Source of the DNA: Eledone cirrhosa
Taxonomy: Eukaryota
DNA length: 64,000 nt
NCBI GenBank assembly: GCA_964016885.1
Contig: OZ024741.1
Span: forward strand, 117,676,001-117,740,000
Reading direction: 5' to 3'
Shown one piece after another: positions 11,102 through 23,743 of the stretch. Below the pieces are notes generated by a model, which searched no databases, had not been told where the DNA came from, and saw nothing but the letters and a program-made list of their open reading frames with translations. The position numbers and the translations under genes were made by a program. Numbering within the stretch: the stretch's first letter is position 1; each line of letters begins with the position of its first letter.

Positions 11102-14100
11102 TAAATCGGGATGGATTCAGTTTAAAACTGGTTAGACCATTATTCAACAGAGTACTCGATACTTGGAGTAGTAGAGTATGGCTATATTATAAAGAGTCAG
11201 GACCATACGACTGAGCTCTTGCCGTTTCAACAGCTAGATCCAGACTATATATATAGTTCAAAGGGACAAACAAACAAATGCAGGAGTCAATAGTACATAT
11301 TTGTTTGTGTATAAGTATATATATATATTTATATATCGTACTGCTTAGAGGTCCCTATCATTTTTATCATCACTTCACTTCAATTTCACCCTTAATAGTA
11401 ATAATAATGATAATGATAATAATAGTTATAATATGGACTATTTCTTAAAATAGGAACTTCATTCATAATGTCAAATACCAACCAACCTAGCCAGTCTTGC
11501 AGAGATGTGTACTTGAAGCAAAGGGAAATTGCTACTTAGAGAAACTATTTATATTGCAGCAATACTAAAGGAAATGGACTAATATAGAAAACAAAAGTGA
11601 AACAAACAACTGCATTTTAGAGGGTGAAAGAGGAAAGAGACAAAGTGAGGAAACAGTGAGACAGAGTAAGAGCTGGAGAGAGGGAAAAGAGTGAGATAGT
11701 GAGAAATAGAAAGAGAGAGGCTAAACATGAGAGATAGTTGTTCTTCCACAATGTGCTGGCTACTCATTTTGAATGACAACTTTTGTGCCACCACAACTAG
11801 AGTGGTTGTTGCTGACAGAACTTAAACGTTCCCATCTGTCCTGTATCAGTTTTTATTTTTGAGACTAGTGTTCTCCTAGGTGGGTTGCTTGCACTGCAGT
11901 TTGCAGAATCCACATCTCTGGCGTTCTTTCCTGTCTCACTTCCGAATATTTAACTTTTTGCTAATGAAGTATAAAAAATATGTTTTAGCGTGTTCTTTTA
12001 TATTCATTATTTCTCATTTAGAAAATAGTTTTGGTTACCAAACTTTAAAAATGTGTATTAGCATCTATATTAGTTGGATGTAGGCATAACCAAGAGGATA
12101 AAAAGTTTATTTCATAATCGTGAGGTTTCAGGTTTTATCTCACTGTGTAGCATCTTGCACAAATTTCTTTTACCATTACCTCTGACCAACACAAGTCTTG
12201 TGGATAAAATTAGGTAGACAGAAACTGTATTAGAAAAAGCTACTATTAATGATTAATATTTTATATATTGGCTGTAATTTTATATCTTTTCCTTCAAAGT
12301 GACCAAGCACAAAGTTGCTTTCAGTATCTCTCAAATCATCATTTAAATCTTAAAACCATTTTGAATCTATAGTGCTTAGAACAACAATAATATACATATC
12401 AAATAGTTGTATTTACAGCATTTTAAATCATACTGTTGAAATATAAATTTGATAGGAAATACATAAAAGTAAATACATTGACTGTATCTTTTACTTTAAT
12501 GCACACCTGTCCCCACATTTTGTCATTTCATAGTGTATCAAAGATCAACAATTTGTTACTGTGTACTCTGTTTGCATGAAAAAACTGCTTGAATCATTGT
12601 GTAATAGCACAAAATATGAGGCTTGTGTAAATATATTAACATTTCGTAGTTTAATTGATTGAATTCATTGTACAAATTGTTAAGCTTATGTAAATTTCAT
12701 AATTTCATAATTTCATAATTATATGTTTAAGTTTTTCTTTGTTACAATCCACTAATCATCATAAATCACAGGATATATCATTGGAATAATTCAAGAACAC
12801 TGATGGGGATTTATCTTTCCATGAATGAGTTTAACCCTTTTAACACTATATCCTTTTTTACTATATAGCGAAATCCTTTACAGGTTAATTGTCAAAAAAC
12901 AGTAGAAAGATCATTACTCTTTTAGGCTACTATATTATTGCCCCTATTGTATTTTTGGCTACATTATTGAGTTGGATATATCAGCCTGGCAAGCACTATA
13001 AAGGTTAATGTCTTTCATACCTCAGCATCTGAGCATAAGTAAGCAAGTGTTGACATGTTGACATATAGTAGCAACTGTAAAATACATGTAACCAACACTC
13101 CTACCCCAGTATGGGGTTGCTGTGATATGATCTCAGCTTAAAATACTCATAGCAAGACTAAATGTATGTTTATTACACATAAACATATTGTATATGGGTT
13201 CATATATGCCTTTATTTTGAATCTCTAGTTCTATCACTAATTTTAAAAAGCTATACAACACTTGGATATTTATCTTTTACTCTATGAAAGACACTTCCTG
13301 AGATATTGGAAGTTCTGTCACTTTATGGCTCTCAATCATGTCCTCACTTTTACATATGTCTTCTTATAATACACCATATAGTTTCGGGAAGTTACACAAC
13401 ATAGGTCTAGAAATGGTCATTCGGTTAGCAAAAGAATGTTGAGAGAGGAACACCAAAAAGTATATTTGGAATTAGGCCAAGAATAGATAGTTTGTTATTC
13501 AGATAAAACTATAGTGGGAATTATAGAAAAGAAGTATTTGAATTTGAAAATACTTTTAAGGTATAAACTTTCTACATTTATCCAATTTCAACATTTCAAA
13601 CTGAATATATAACTGGTTTGTCTTCTGGTTTAAGTGATAATGAAGATGTATATTTTCAACTATTTGTATATTATACAATGGACACAGTGTTAAGAAGTTG
13701 GCTTCACAATCACAAGTTTCCAGGTTTGGTTCCACTGTATGGTATATTGGGGGAATATCTTTTAACATAGTTTTAAGTTAGCCTAAGTTTTATTAGTGAA
13801 ATTAGCTAGACAGATTCTATTTAGAAGCCTATCGAATGAACTGTACCTGTAATTCAAATGGCAGTCTGTGAGTGATGTGAAGAGTAGATGCATCAGTTGA
13901 ATACTCAGCTACCCAGCTACTTAATACTTAATTTAATAAATAAAAGGGTCCTCCATCAATTTCTATGATTAGTGTTCTAGTTGTTCAATCAATGAAACCA
14001 CCTACTCATAAAATTAACATGTAAGTGACTGACCATTCTACAGCCTTGTGTATCCTTAACACAATTCTCAGGAATATTCTATATTCCTAAAAGGCTGGCC

Positions 14101-15418
14101 TTTTGAATTACAGATACACTCTATCTGATGGGGTTTTAAACAATTTCCATCTACCAAATTTCACTTACAAGGTTTGCATCAACCTGAAACTATGGTCAAA
14201 GACACTTGCCTAAAAACACAGGCAGTGTGATTGAACCTGGGACCTAATGTTTATGAAGCAAACTTCTTAACCCTTTAGCCATGTTGCATCCATATTTTCA
14301 TATGTAGATCATTCCATTGACTAACAAACTTAAATGCTCATAATTGAAAACCACAGAGGAATTATATTGCAGCAAACAGGTGCAACAGTTTGTTGGAAAG
14401 GGTATGTGGATAATATTGACGCCAGTACTTAACTGGCACTTTATTTCATCAACCACAGAAGAATGAAAAGCAAAGCCAACCTCTGTGGAATTTGAACTCA
14501 GAATAACTGAATACTACAGAACATTGTTTGTAGCTCTGCCAACACTGCCAATCCACCACACTAGATGATGATAATATATTGGAGGCTGATTTACTTAACT
14601 GTATCTTCCTTAATATTTTCCATATGTAGTAATCAAAAGAAATGAATGGAGGAAAACATAAAAGCTTCCTTTTATTGCATTTGATTCATGCTTATAATGT
14701 CCCTGAAAAAAAAGTACAAATATCACCAAAATCTCATTTCCTCCTTCAGTTGAATCTAATTAAATACAAGCATTCTATTAATGAGAAATCGTTATAACAA
14801 TTATATTGTGTAACGCAGTTTAAGTGAGGGATAGGGCAAGATCTACTCTACAGCATTATTGGAAACAAAAGATTGTATCTCAACACACATATAAATATAT
14901 ATATATAAAACAAAGAGCAGTGATTGATATGATTAATTGCCAAGACTTAAAGTGTAGCGATCCCTGGATCCCCAGTTATAATGGGGTTCAGTGTATAGAG
15001 GGAGTTGTATGTGACAGTTGGGTTGGTTGCGTGGGGAAGGCTCTACATTTTTAGAGACAAAGGAGTTGGGTGTGTGGAGGAAAGGTGAACATTATGAGAG
15101 ACAAGAGGGTAGGGGATGTTTGAAGAATATTGAACATTTTAAGAGACAAGAGATTGTGTGGGGGAAAAAATCCACATTCTGAGAGACCCAATTTTCTCCA
15201 CATCTAACAATATGTATGATCTGAGACATTTTCAGTGGTTATGAAAAAATAACTTTTTCCTATTCAATTTTCAATATGATATATTATTAGCTTCTTTTAT
15301 GAAATACTATTTACTACAATTATTTTGGGGAAAGATTAAATTTGTGTATTTTGTAAATGATTATATAATCTCTTGTTTTGTTTTTTTTATAATGTTTTTT
15401 TTTGTTTTATTTTTACAG

Positions 15419-16371
15419 TGAACTCTATTATAGAACAAGACAAGAAAGAAAACTTGTCACCTCTACAAAAATGGCGGGAAACGAAAATGGGTGGCTATGT
15501 CCCAACTGAAGATGAAGAAATGGATCCAGAAACTTGGAGAAACTCTATCAACATCAAAGGTGAAGAAATCCCGGAGAAACGAGATGTTCCTGAAATGCCA
15601 AATAAGCAATGGGCCACAGTTCACAAGCCTGTGGAACCAGAACCAGAACAGGAGAAAGCCATAAATAGTATTCGGGACCGATTCCAAGTAAAGGCACCTG
15701 AAGTAAAGCCATCCAATGAGGTTGTAGCCCCACAAGGTGACATGAGCGGGCTTATCAGCAAAATGAAAGAAGATCTAAGCCAGAAGTCAATAGTGAAGTT
15801 ACCTGAACCACCCAAAGAGGTTGTAAAAGCTGAAGTAAAGAAAACCGAAGGTGATCTAGAGTGGGAGAAGATTAGCAAGAGACTCAGTCGTCCATTGAAG
15901 ATTAAAAACATGGACTTCACTGACCTGAAACCTGATGACGACACCGATATATTCGCCACTCCAGCACCAACCTTTGGTAGTGGTGGTGTGCCTCCACCTC
16001 CTCCACCCGGAGGGCTAGCACCTCCTCCACCACCACCACCACCACCACCTTTGGGAGGCATGCCACCTCCTCCCCCACCTCCCATACCTGGCATGGGGGC
16101 GCCACGCCCGCCACCACCTCCCCCCTTCGGAGCAAGACCCGGCGTGCCATTGCCACCAGGTTTAGCACCTCCACCTCCACCCCCACAAGCCATTTCCATT
16201 AAGAAGAACAAAAAGACATTGAAACTTCACTGGAGGCCCTTACAAAGTAACATGCCTCCACATCCTGTTACTAAAGGGGAGACAATTTGGAACAAATTAG
16301 CTCCAGTCAAAATAGATACCCAGAAGTTAGAACATTTATTTGAATCTCGAACAAATGAGCTAAAACAAAAG
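15419..16371 (+). CDS. FHOD: FHOD large exon: pre-FH1 region, FH1 polyproline (about 15990-16185) and FH2 lasso (KLHWR...TIWNKL...LEHLFESR)
   Basis: Long T tract + CAG acceptor and AAG|GTGATC donor, phase 1-0. Contains RPLKIKNMDFTDL, the polyproline tracts and the two lasso Trp residues typical of FHOD. Confidence 0.96.
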
Positions 16372-16751
16372 GTGATCTTTAGATTTTACTATATTTTTCT
16401 TCCATTTTCATTTCTTTTTTTTTATCATTCTAAATTCTCCATGTTTCTGTTTTTTTAGAAGCTGAAAAGAATGAAAGGGGACGTAACATGAGTCTTGATT
16501 ATATTTTAATTTTGCTCTGCATTTCTTTTAACTATTGAAGGTGCACGGCTTAGTGATTAGTGTTGGGTTCATGATTGTAAGACCATTGGCTAAAACCTGG
16601 GCAGTGGAATGTGTACTTGGACAAGGCATTTCATTTCACATAGCTCCAGTCAACTCAACTGAAATAAATTAGTACCAGCAGCATCTGGGGGTTAACTTTA
16701 TAATGGACTGGTGTCCCACACAGGGGAAGTTTTGTATTTTCAGTTGCTTAA

Positions 16752-16995
16752 CATTTTTGTTACCACACAATCTGTAACCACTCCTAGTTTTATGATACAA
16801 AACTATTTATTTTAAAGTGTTTATATTTATTTAAAAACCTTACATACTAATTTTATATAAAACCTTTTCTTAAGTTATTTTTCAAGCAACAGATAAACAA
16901 TATAAAGGTTAGATACATTACTAAATAAGTCCAGATTCTTGTTTATTTGAAAGCCATAGACAGTGTCTTTCATTAGAAATATGGTGACAAAAGGC
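16752..16995. mobile_element. TTAA-flanked MITE family C inserted in a SINE
   Basis: The SINE motif CAGTTGCTTAA.ACC.CATGAAA (unsplit near 53915) is split here with a TTAA duplication. Confidence 0.75.
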
Positions 16996-18895
16996 TTAAT
17001 ACCTCATGAAACTGCAGTAAGCTCCAGCCAGATAAGACACTGGGCTTAAAAATATTCTTTCAATATGTAGTTTTCTTTTATTACATTCAGTGCAGTTGGG
17101 AAGGGAGAGGGTCAACTAGTGTACAGCAGCCTGTAGATCTATTTATGTACATAGATATAGGTATATTTGGCAGCCACATTGTCTCAAGTTTGATCATAAC
17201 TGTGCAGAACTATGAACAAGTGTCTTTTACAGTTACTTCAGATTGACCCATCATGCTCAACAATAAAGATGAGATGGCTGCCATCTATAATGTTGACTAG
17301 AGAAAGTTCAAGTCATTTTATCTAATAATTCAACTAACTACTTCTGTGTCATAGAACTATGCAGACATAAATGATTGGAGCTACACCATAACAACAACAA
17401 CCATCCTCTTGTATTCTACAAGCATCTTATAAGGTCTCTGCTGAGAAAATGTATCCATTCTGCTCATTGTTTTAATATCTTAACAATTCAAAGGTTAACT
17501 TTGCCTTTCATCCCTCCGGAGTTGATAAAATAGAGTACCAGTGAAGTACTGAAATGGATTTAATCAACTTTCCCAACCCGACCAAATTACTGGCCATTAT
17601 GCCTAAATTACAAACCATTATTTTTATTTTCATGATTAGCTCTACAGAACCATCTAGAAACTATAGAGTTTAGGGGTTATTTTTGCAGATCCTGCTTATA
17701 TATATCTTGTTTTCCTTTTGATATACTTTAATTTCATTTCAGAAGTAGAAAGAATTTGATTCACTACAATACTATAAAATGTTGTTTTAAAAATGTTATT
17801 TTGTTTTAAGTGTTCCTTATTTAAACTGTTTCTCCAGAGTCTCACTTTATTTTTGAAGTTTTTCTTTATAATTCTATTTTTAAAATTTCATTTTCAAGCA
17901 ATGTGATCTTGTTAAACCAGTTATTTGTGGGCTTTTGATTACTTAGAATATAATTCTTTGCTCTCTTAGAGTCTAACAACAATCTTTTTTTTTCACAGTC
18001 ATGAACTTTCTGTTGATTTCAATTTTAGATATAAATTGGGAGATATCAATTAATCTTTTCTCATACTTTGCTAATTATTTTTTTATGAGACATGTTATTA
18101 AAAAGTTCACTTCATTCAACTTTATCTTTCATCCCTTTATGGTCAACAAAATAAGTATTAGTCTGCTGCCACAGTCAATTTAACTGACTCAAAATGTACA
18201 ACCAGCAGTTAATCTAAGAAATGTTTATTAGTATAATTTGATATTTTTCCTAACATAGGTACAAGGTCACATTTAGAAGAAGGTGCCAGTCAATTGAATC
18301 AACTCTAGTATTTAACTGGTATTTTATTTTATCAACCCCAGAAGGGTAAAAGGGAAAGTTGACCTCAACAGGATTCAAATGCAAAATATGAAGAACTAGA
18401 AGAAATGCTGCAAGACTCTTTAAATTTTAAGTTCAAATTCTGTCTAGATCAACTTTGCCTTTCATATTTCCAGGGTCAATAAAATAAAGTACCAGTCAAG
18501 CACTGAGGCTGTTACAATCAACTTTCCATTCTCTCCAAATTGCCAGCCTTGTGCTTAAATTAGAGACAATTAAGTGGAAGAAATTATTAAGTTAGGCAGA
18601 CTATATCCTTTGCAGTATTTAGCTATAAATTTTCATGTTCTCAATTTTAATTTCACTGAGGTCAAATGTATGTTTCATCTCTTTGTAGGATCAATAATGT
18701 ATAAAGATATTAGTGAAATATATTACAGCACTGCCTGAAAAAGTTTTGCCTTTATGTCTATATTTCAAATTATAATCTCTACAGAGTGGAAGACACAGTA
18801 CACTAATGGACTAAACAACTTTTAGTGTTGTCTTCTCATCTTTTTAGTTGAAACATGCCTGGCACAACTTTGTCTTTCATCTCTGTCAATAGAAC

Positions 18896-18940
<45 letters not shown>

Positions 18941-18944
<4 letters not shown>

Positions 18945-19801
18945 GTGTGTCAGAAAAGTTCCAGGACTGATGTCACAAAAGATTTATTTCAAACCCAAAC
19001 TTCACACTAAGAGTTTTCTCCTTCAAAGTAATCCCCCTGGAGTCTAATGCAGTTTTCCATCCTTTTCTGCCACGCTTGCATGCACTCCTGGAAGGATTCT
19101 TCCGAGATATGCTGCCGTTCCGTATTCACGGCCTTTTTGATGTCGTCCACATCTTCAAAACGGGTCCCTTCGGGTCGTACTCAAAGATCCGGTGATGACT
19201 GTCCCTAGCAAGTCTGGTTCGGTTTCAAGATGCTCGAGGATGTCCTGGCACACTTGCATGCGTCGACCCTTCTGGTCATCGTTCAGCAGTTTTGGCACCA
19301 TCGTTGCGCAGGCTTTCCGCATGCCCAAATCTTCAGTGAGAATCTTCCAGATGCTGTCCCGATTCATGCCCAGCTCATTTGCCATCAGTCGAACAGTTAG
19401 CCGACGATCGTTACGCACCATCTGCCTGATGTGCTCAATGTTGACCTCGGTCCTGGTTGTTGAGAGGCTTCCGCTCCTGGGGTCATCTTCCACACCCTCG
19501 CATCCTTCTTTAAACCTCTTTCACCACTCAAAAACACGTGAGCGTGATATCGTCAGCAATCCCAGTGCTTCTGATGATGTTTTCAAGTTTGTTCGTTGCT
19601 CTGTGCTCATTGCTTGCCAACCTGAAACAGAGGACATGTATATAAAATTATGAAGAAAAAAGTTTGATCGCTGCAGAGAGCTAAGATTACAGTTACATAC
19701 TCCAGGGGGATTACTTTGAAGGAGAAAACTCTTAGTGTGAAGTTTGGGTTTGAAATAAATCTTTTGTGACATCAGTCTTGGAACTTTTCTGACACACCTC
19801 G
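18941..19801 (-). mobile_element. Internally deleted Tc1/mariner element with 103-bp TIRs, inserted in (TA)n
   Basis: Near-perfect inverted repeats 18941-19043 and 19699-19801 flanked by TA; mariner transposase remnants inside. Confidence 0.93.
19007..19610 (-). pseudogene. Mariner transposase remnant lacking the catalytic core
   Basis: MSTEQR...SRVFEW*KRFKEG...EDDPRSG...MVPKLL...VITG is joined by a deletion to GTRFEDVDDIK...QGDYFEGENS*. Internal stop present; DD34D region missing. Confidence 0.9.
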
Positions 19802-20322
19802 TATATATATATACTAGGATCACTTTAATTGACTAAATCAAGCCATAGAAATATGTTCTTTTGTCACGATAAAAACCATATTTTTCTACATAAATTGCAT
19901 TTCAAATCCTACTTAAAATTAGGTAATATTCACCATTGCCTCCATCATTTTACATCCATTTTCCATGCTGGCATAGATTTTACAGGTCATTATAGCCCAA
20001 GACTAGATGAGTGAGAGAACCAAATCTTACTCATAAATCTCCATTTTTTGCATGGTTTCTACTGTTGGATGTTATTCCTAACACCAACCATATTGATAAA
20101 ATCGAATTACATTACTACTTTGTCTTTCATTCTTTCAGTTACAGACATTGTCTTCTCACATCCATTGTAATAATGTAATATGCTAGACATTGATATATTG
20201 ATATACCTAATGATTGATTTCTGGTTCACATCTAATTTCCAATTACAACAAAATACATCTTTCTAATGAAACTAGGATTAGAATGCTGTCTTGTTTGCTG
20301 TGTTGTTTAGAGCTATGTTTAA

Positions 20323-20584
20323 CCCTTTTACTACTAAGCCATCTGAAACTGCTCTCAGTTTTATGATGCAATGTTATTTATATTTAAGTGTTTATACTTA
20401 TCAAAAAACTTTCCAATTTAATTTTATATAAGAATATTTTAAGTTACTCTCTAAATACCAGCTTAATAATTTGAAAGTCAGTTTTTTTTTTTTTTTTACT
20501 AAACTCCTCCAAACTGTTGATTATTTTAAAAATTAATTAAAAATTCTAGGCAGTGTTTTTATTCAAAATATGGTAATGAAAGGG
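20323..20584. mobile_element. MITE family C copy (CCCTTT...AAAGGG, TTAA flanks)
   Basis: TIR-like ends. Internal sequence is shared with 8305-8833, 16752-16995, 42950-43180, 48280-48515, 48794-51551 and 63124 onward. Confidence 0.75.
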
Positions 20585-22073
20585 TTAAGACATAATGAAA
20601 TTTGAACGAGGTTTATATTTTCTAAGGAACTAATTTCTTTTATTTCTTTTTTTCTTTATTTCTGACTTTCTAAATGTATCTAAATAGCAAAAGTTGTTGT
20701 TGTCCAGTTGTTTTTGACTCTCTTGTTCTCAATATTTGTATATTAGGTTCCTTTAGATTCTGTTGTTGATAGAATAAATACTAAAAATCCCATACAAAGC
20801 TGACAATAGGTCCATGTCAGATAGGAAAAGTAATACCACATTTCAAGTGGTAATAGGTCCAAGCAAGATGTGAAAAGTAGGGCTACATTTCAAGTGGTAA
20901 TAGTGAAATGTAGTGCTATACATCAAACTGATCCTTAAGTGAATTTGTAATCAGTGCTAAATACACCTGATTTATGAAAGGGTTACTTGTATGTTCTTGC
21001 AAATAACAAGATAATAAAAAAAAAATAGAACTACTTATTTTTTTGAAATGGCTATTTTTTACCAAATGAGGCCATCCCTCCTTAAAATTGTAAGACCATG
21101 TCAACTGGTCTGCTTGCAACACTCTGGTTCTGGCCTGATATATTGTGTGGGACAGATATTATTAACTATTCTCACCCTTTCAAAACTTGTGCCATTATAC
21201 TGATGTTAATAACTAGTATTTTGAAATGCTTGATATCAAATTTTATTCATCATTTATGTATTACAATTTATTTGAATTATTTTAAGGGCTGGGTTAACCA
21301 TTAAGCAAAAATACACATGTTTAGGATATCTAAGGAAGAGGGACACTGTATTATTTAAAAAAATAATTATTTGCTAACATTTTATGTGTGTGACGGAGGG
21401 GGGGACACTATAATTTTATGAGTGCTTAGGGTCTCAAAAGGACTTAAATCCAGCCCTGATCATAATTACTGTACACTAGCTTCATTAATTATGAATTTCC
21501 AATGGACCAACTGCTAGTTCCCTTTTTCAATAACATTTATGAATCTATCTTCTGTTAGTTTTTGCCCTAATATTGATACATGTTTGTATTTTGTCCATGA
21601 TGTTATTGTTACCTCACTATGTTTAAAGTATATTTTTGTCTTCAAGATATATATTGTGTTCATGGTGTCCTTGTTAGCTGAATTACTATGTTTTAAATGT
21701 ATTTTTGCCTTTGAGATATATATTATGGCAGTAATATATTTGTTACATGAATAACTGCTTTCACAATATTTATTTTTACCTTCAATGAAGAATGTTATAT
21801 ATTTGTAAAATTATCATAGATGTTTATATATATATATATATCCTTATACTGCACCTACCCAAACAAGCAAGCTACCCGCAACCGCAATGCAAAAGGCACA
21901 GCGCAGCGCTGTTGTTCATTGACTTGATATCTTCACACTATTTCTATTTCAGGAAAAGGCTTTAAGCACTTGTCTGATCGACATTGTTATTAATCACACC
22001 CGCTTATTTTCTCTTTTCATGCACATTGTTGCTGGATGTCACGCATGATTGCATGTTTGCTGCCAACTAACAG

Positions 22074-22082
22074 GAAGTCGTG
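22074..22082 (+). CDS. FHOD: Candidate 9-nt microexon (EVV) in the FH2 linker
   Basis: TGCATGTTTGCTGCCAACTAACAG|GAAGTCGTG|GTAAGG; phase 0-0 matches the host intron. Confidence 0.55.
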
Positions 22083-23676
22083 GTAAGGCACTGCCCACCC
22101 TAGATGGTGGCCCTAAACACATGTATCTTCATATATTCACACACATATATATATGTGTGTGTGTATATATATATACTCATTCATCTTTGTTTTCATCAAT
22201 TTCAGTTATTTTTCAAAACATATTTCATCCATATATATATATATGTATATCTTTATACATATATATATGTATATCTTTATACATATATATTTATTCATTA
22301 TATTTTCATCAATTTCACCTATTTCCTACTATACGTATTCATATATATATATAATCTTTATATATGTGTTCGTTCATATTACTTTCATCATTTTCAACTA
22401 TATCCAAAAGTATACTATCTTTCTGGTATACCATTCCTCTTTACACCATCTTTGCTCATTTCTTCACCACTACCACTGCTTTCTTCATGTCTTTTTTATC
22501 TTCATGTCTTCGTTAAAACCATTAGATATCATTTATATTTTTACATAAGTATTCTTAGTATCTGCTGCAGTCTAACAATGATATTGGTTCACATACCACT
22601 TTGTATTAAGAAGAAAAATCTCTAAACACATTATTCCATTTGGTATGTAATTTATTTTAAAAGACCCAATAATATGTTGAGTCTGGTAGACACACTTCCT
22701 CCATGTGTATCCCATTTACATTTAGAATAGGTATATCATATCCCTGCATGTTGTTAGAGATGACTAAAAGGGTTGGCACCAGAAAGGTGTTCTAGCTGTA
22801 AAATATTGCCACAAAAAGGACACCATGTATGAATATGGAATCTATCCTGAGGCCTGCTTTAGCTGCAAAAATGGCCTTAAAATTGTTGTGTTGGTCTTTG
22901 GTAGCCATACTTCATTAAAGATAAAAAGACAAATAACTACACCTTCAACCAGCAGAGGAAAGTAAAACAAAAACAAATGTATTTCATTAGAATTTGGTTG
23001 AATAATTCTGATACATAGAAAAGCATATCTCTTCTTTCTTTGTGCTTCATTTAGGGAATACTGAAGGTTTTCCCCCCCTCTCTCAAACAATTTTCAATCT
23101 TCATCTTTTGGTATTCCTTTGTCAAAATGTATTATTTCTTGTTGAATTGAACCTTGATATATCTATTCTTTCAATTCAATATAGATTCATTGCAGGATTC
23201 TAAACACATTCCAGAGGTTTTTTTACCATCATTTTTATTTGTAACTATGTATGTATGTATATTTTATATACATATATGGAATCACATTACATAAATGTGA
23301 CTGACTGTTTTGAGCATTTCAAATCAAGTGAGAGAAACTGTTTTTCTCTTACTATTTCCTGCTTTCTTTGATCATTATTAGCCTGTATACCATACGGCTC
23401 TGCTGTTAATGCTGGGTTTCACGCTTCTATAACCAAGCTCTGTGTGATACTTTTTGATGTGTTTAGCAAAGTGTGTCTCATTATATACAGTTTGAATATT
23501 TCATTTTCCCCCATCACCTACCTGGGTTTTTTTTATGTGGCTCAACAGACACAGCTTCACTTTAACAGTTTGTCAGAGGTTTCATATAACCTGAAAGTTT
23601 AAACATGTTTGTAGTGTAATTTGTGACGTATCTGGCTATTGAATCTCATCCAAAACTTATTAACCTCATGTTAAAT

Positions 23677-23743
<67 letters not shown>

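Noticed and set aside
13026-13038. 13-nt AG...GTAAGC mini-exon
   Set aside because: It shifts the frame unless paired with another unsupported tiny exon.
15621-16211. Gly-rich 196-aa minus-strand ORF
   Set aside because: Antisense shadow of the FH1 polyproline codons.
21953-22048. Acceptor TTTCAG|GAAAAG upstream of the EVV microexon
   Set aside because: No credible donor follows and the frame stops after 31 codons; cannot be supported without RNA data.
22049-22625. YIYI/HIYI-rich ORFs (also at 9435-9796, 28894-29250 and 30811-31307)
   Set aside because: Products of microsatellites and T-rich low-complexity DNA.
23196-23578. Two more phase-0 mini-exon candidates (23196-23216 DSKHIPE and 23549-23578 TQLHFNSLSE)
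   Set aside because: Donors GTTTTT and GTTTCA are weak, and such matches are expected by chance in a 15.7-kb intron.
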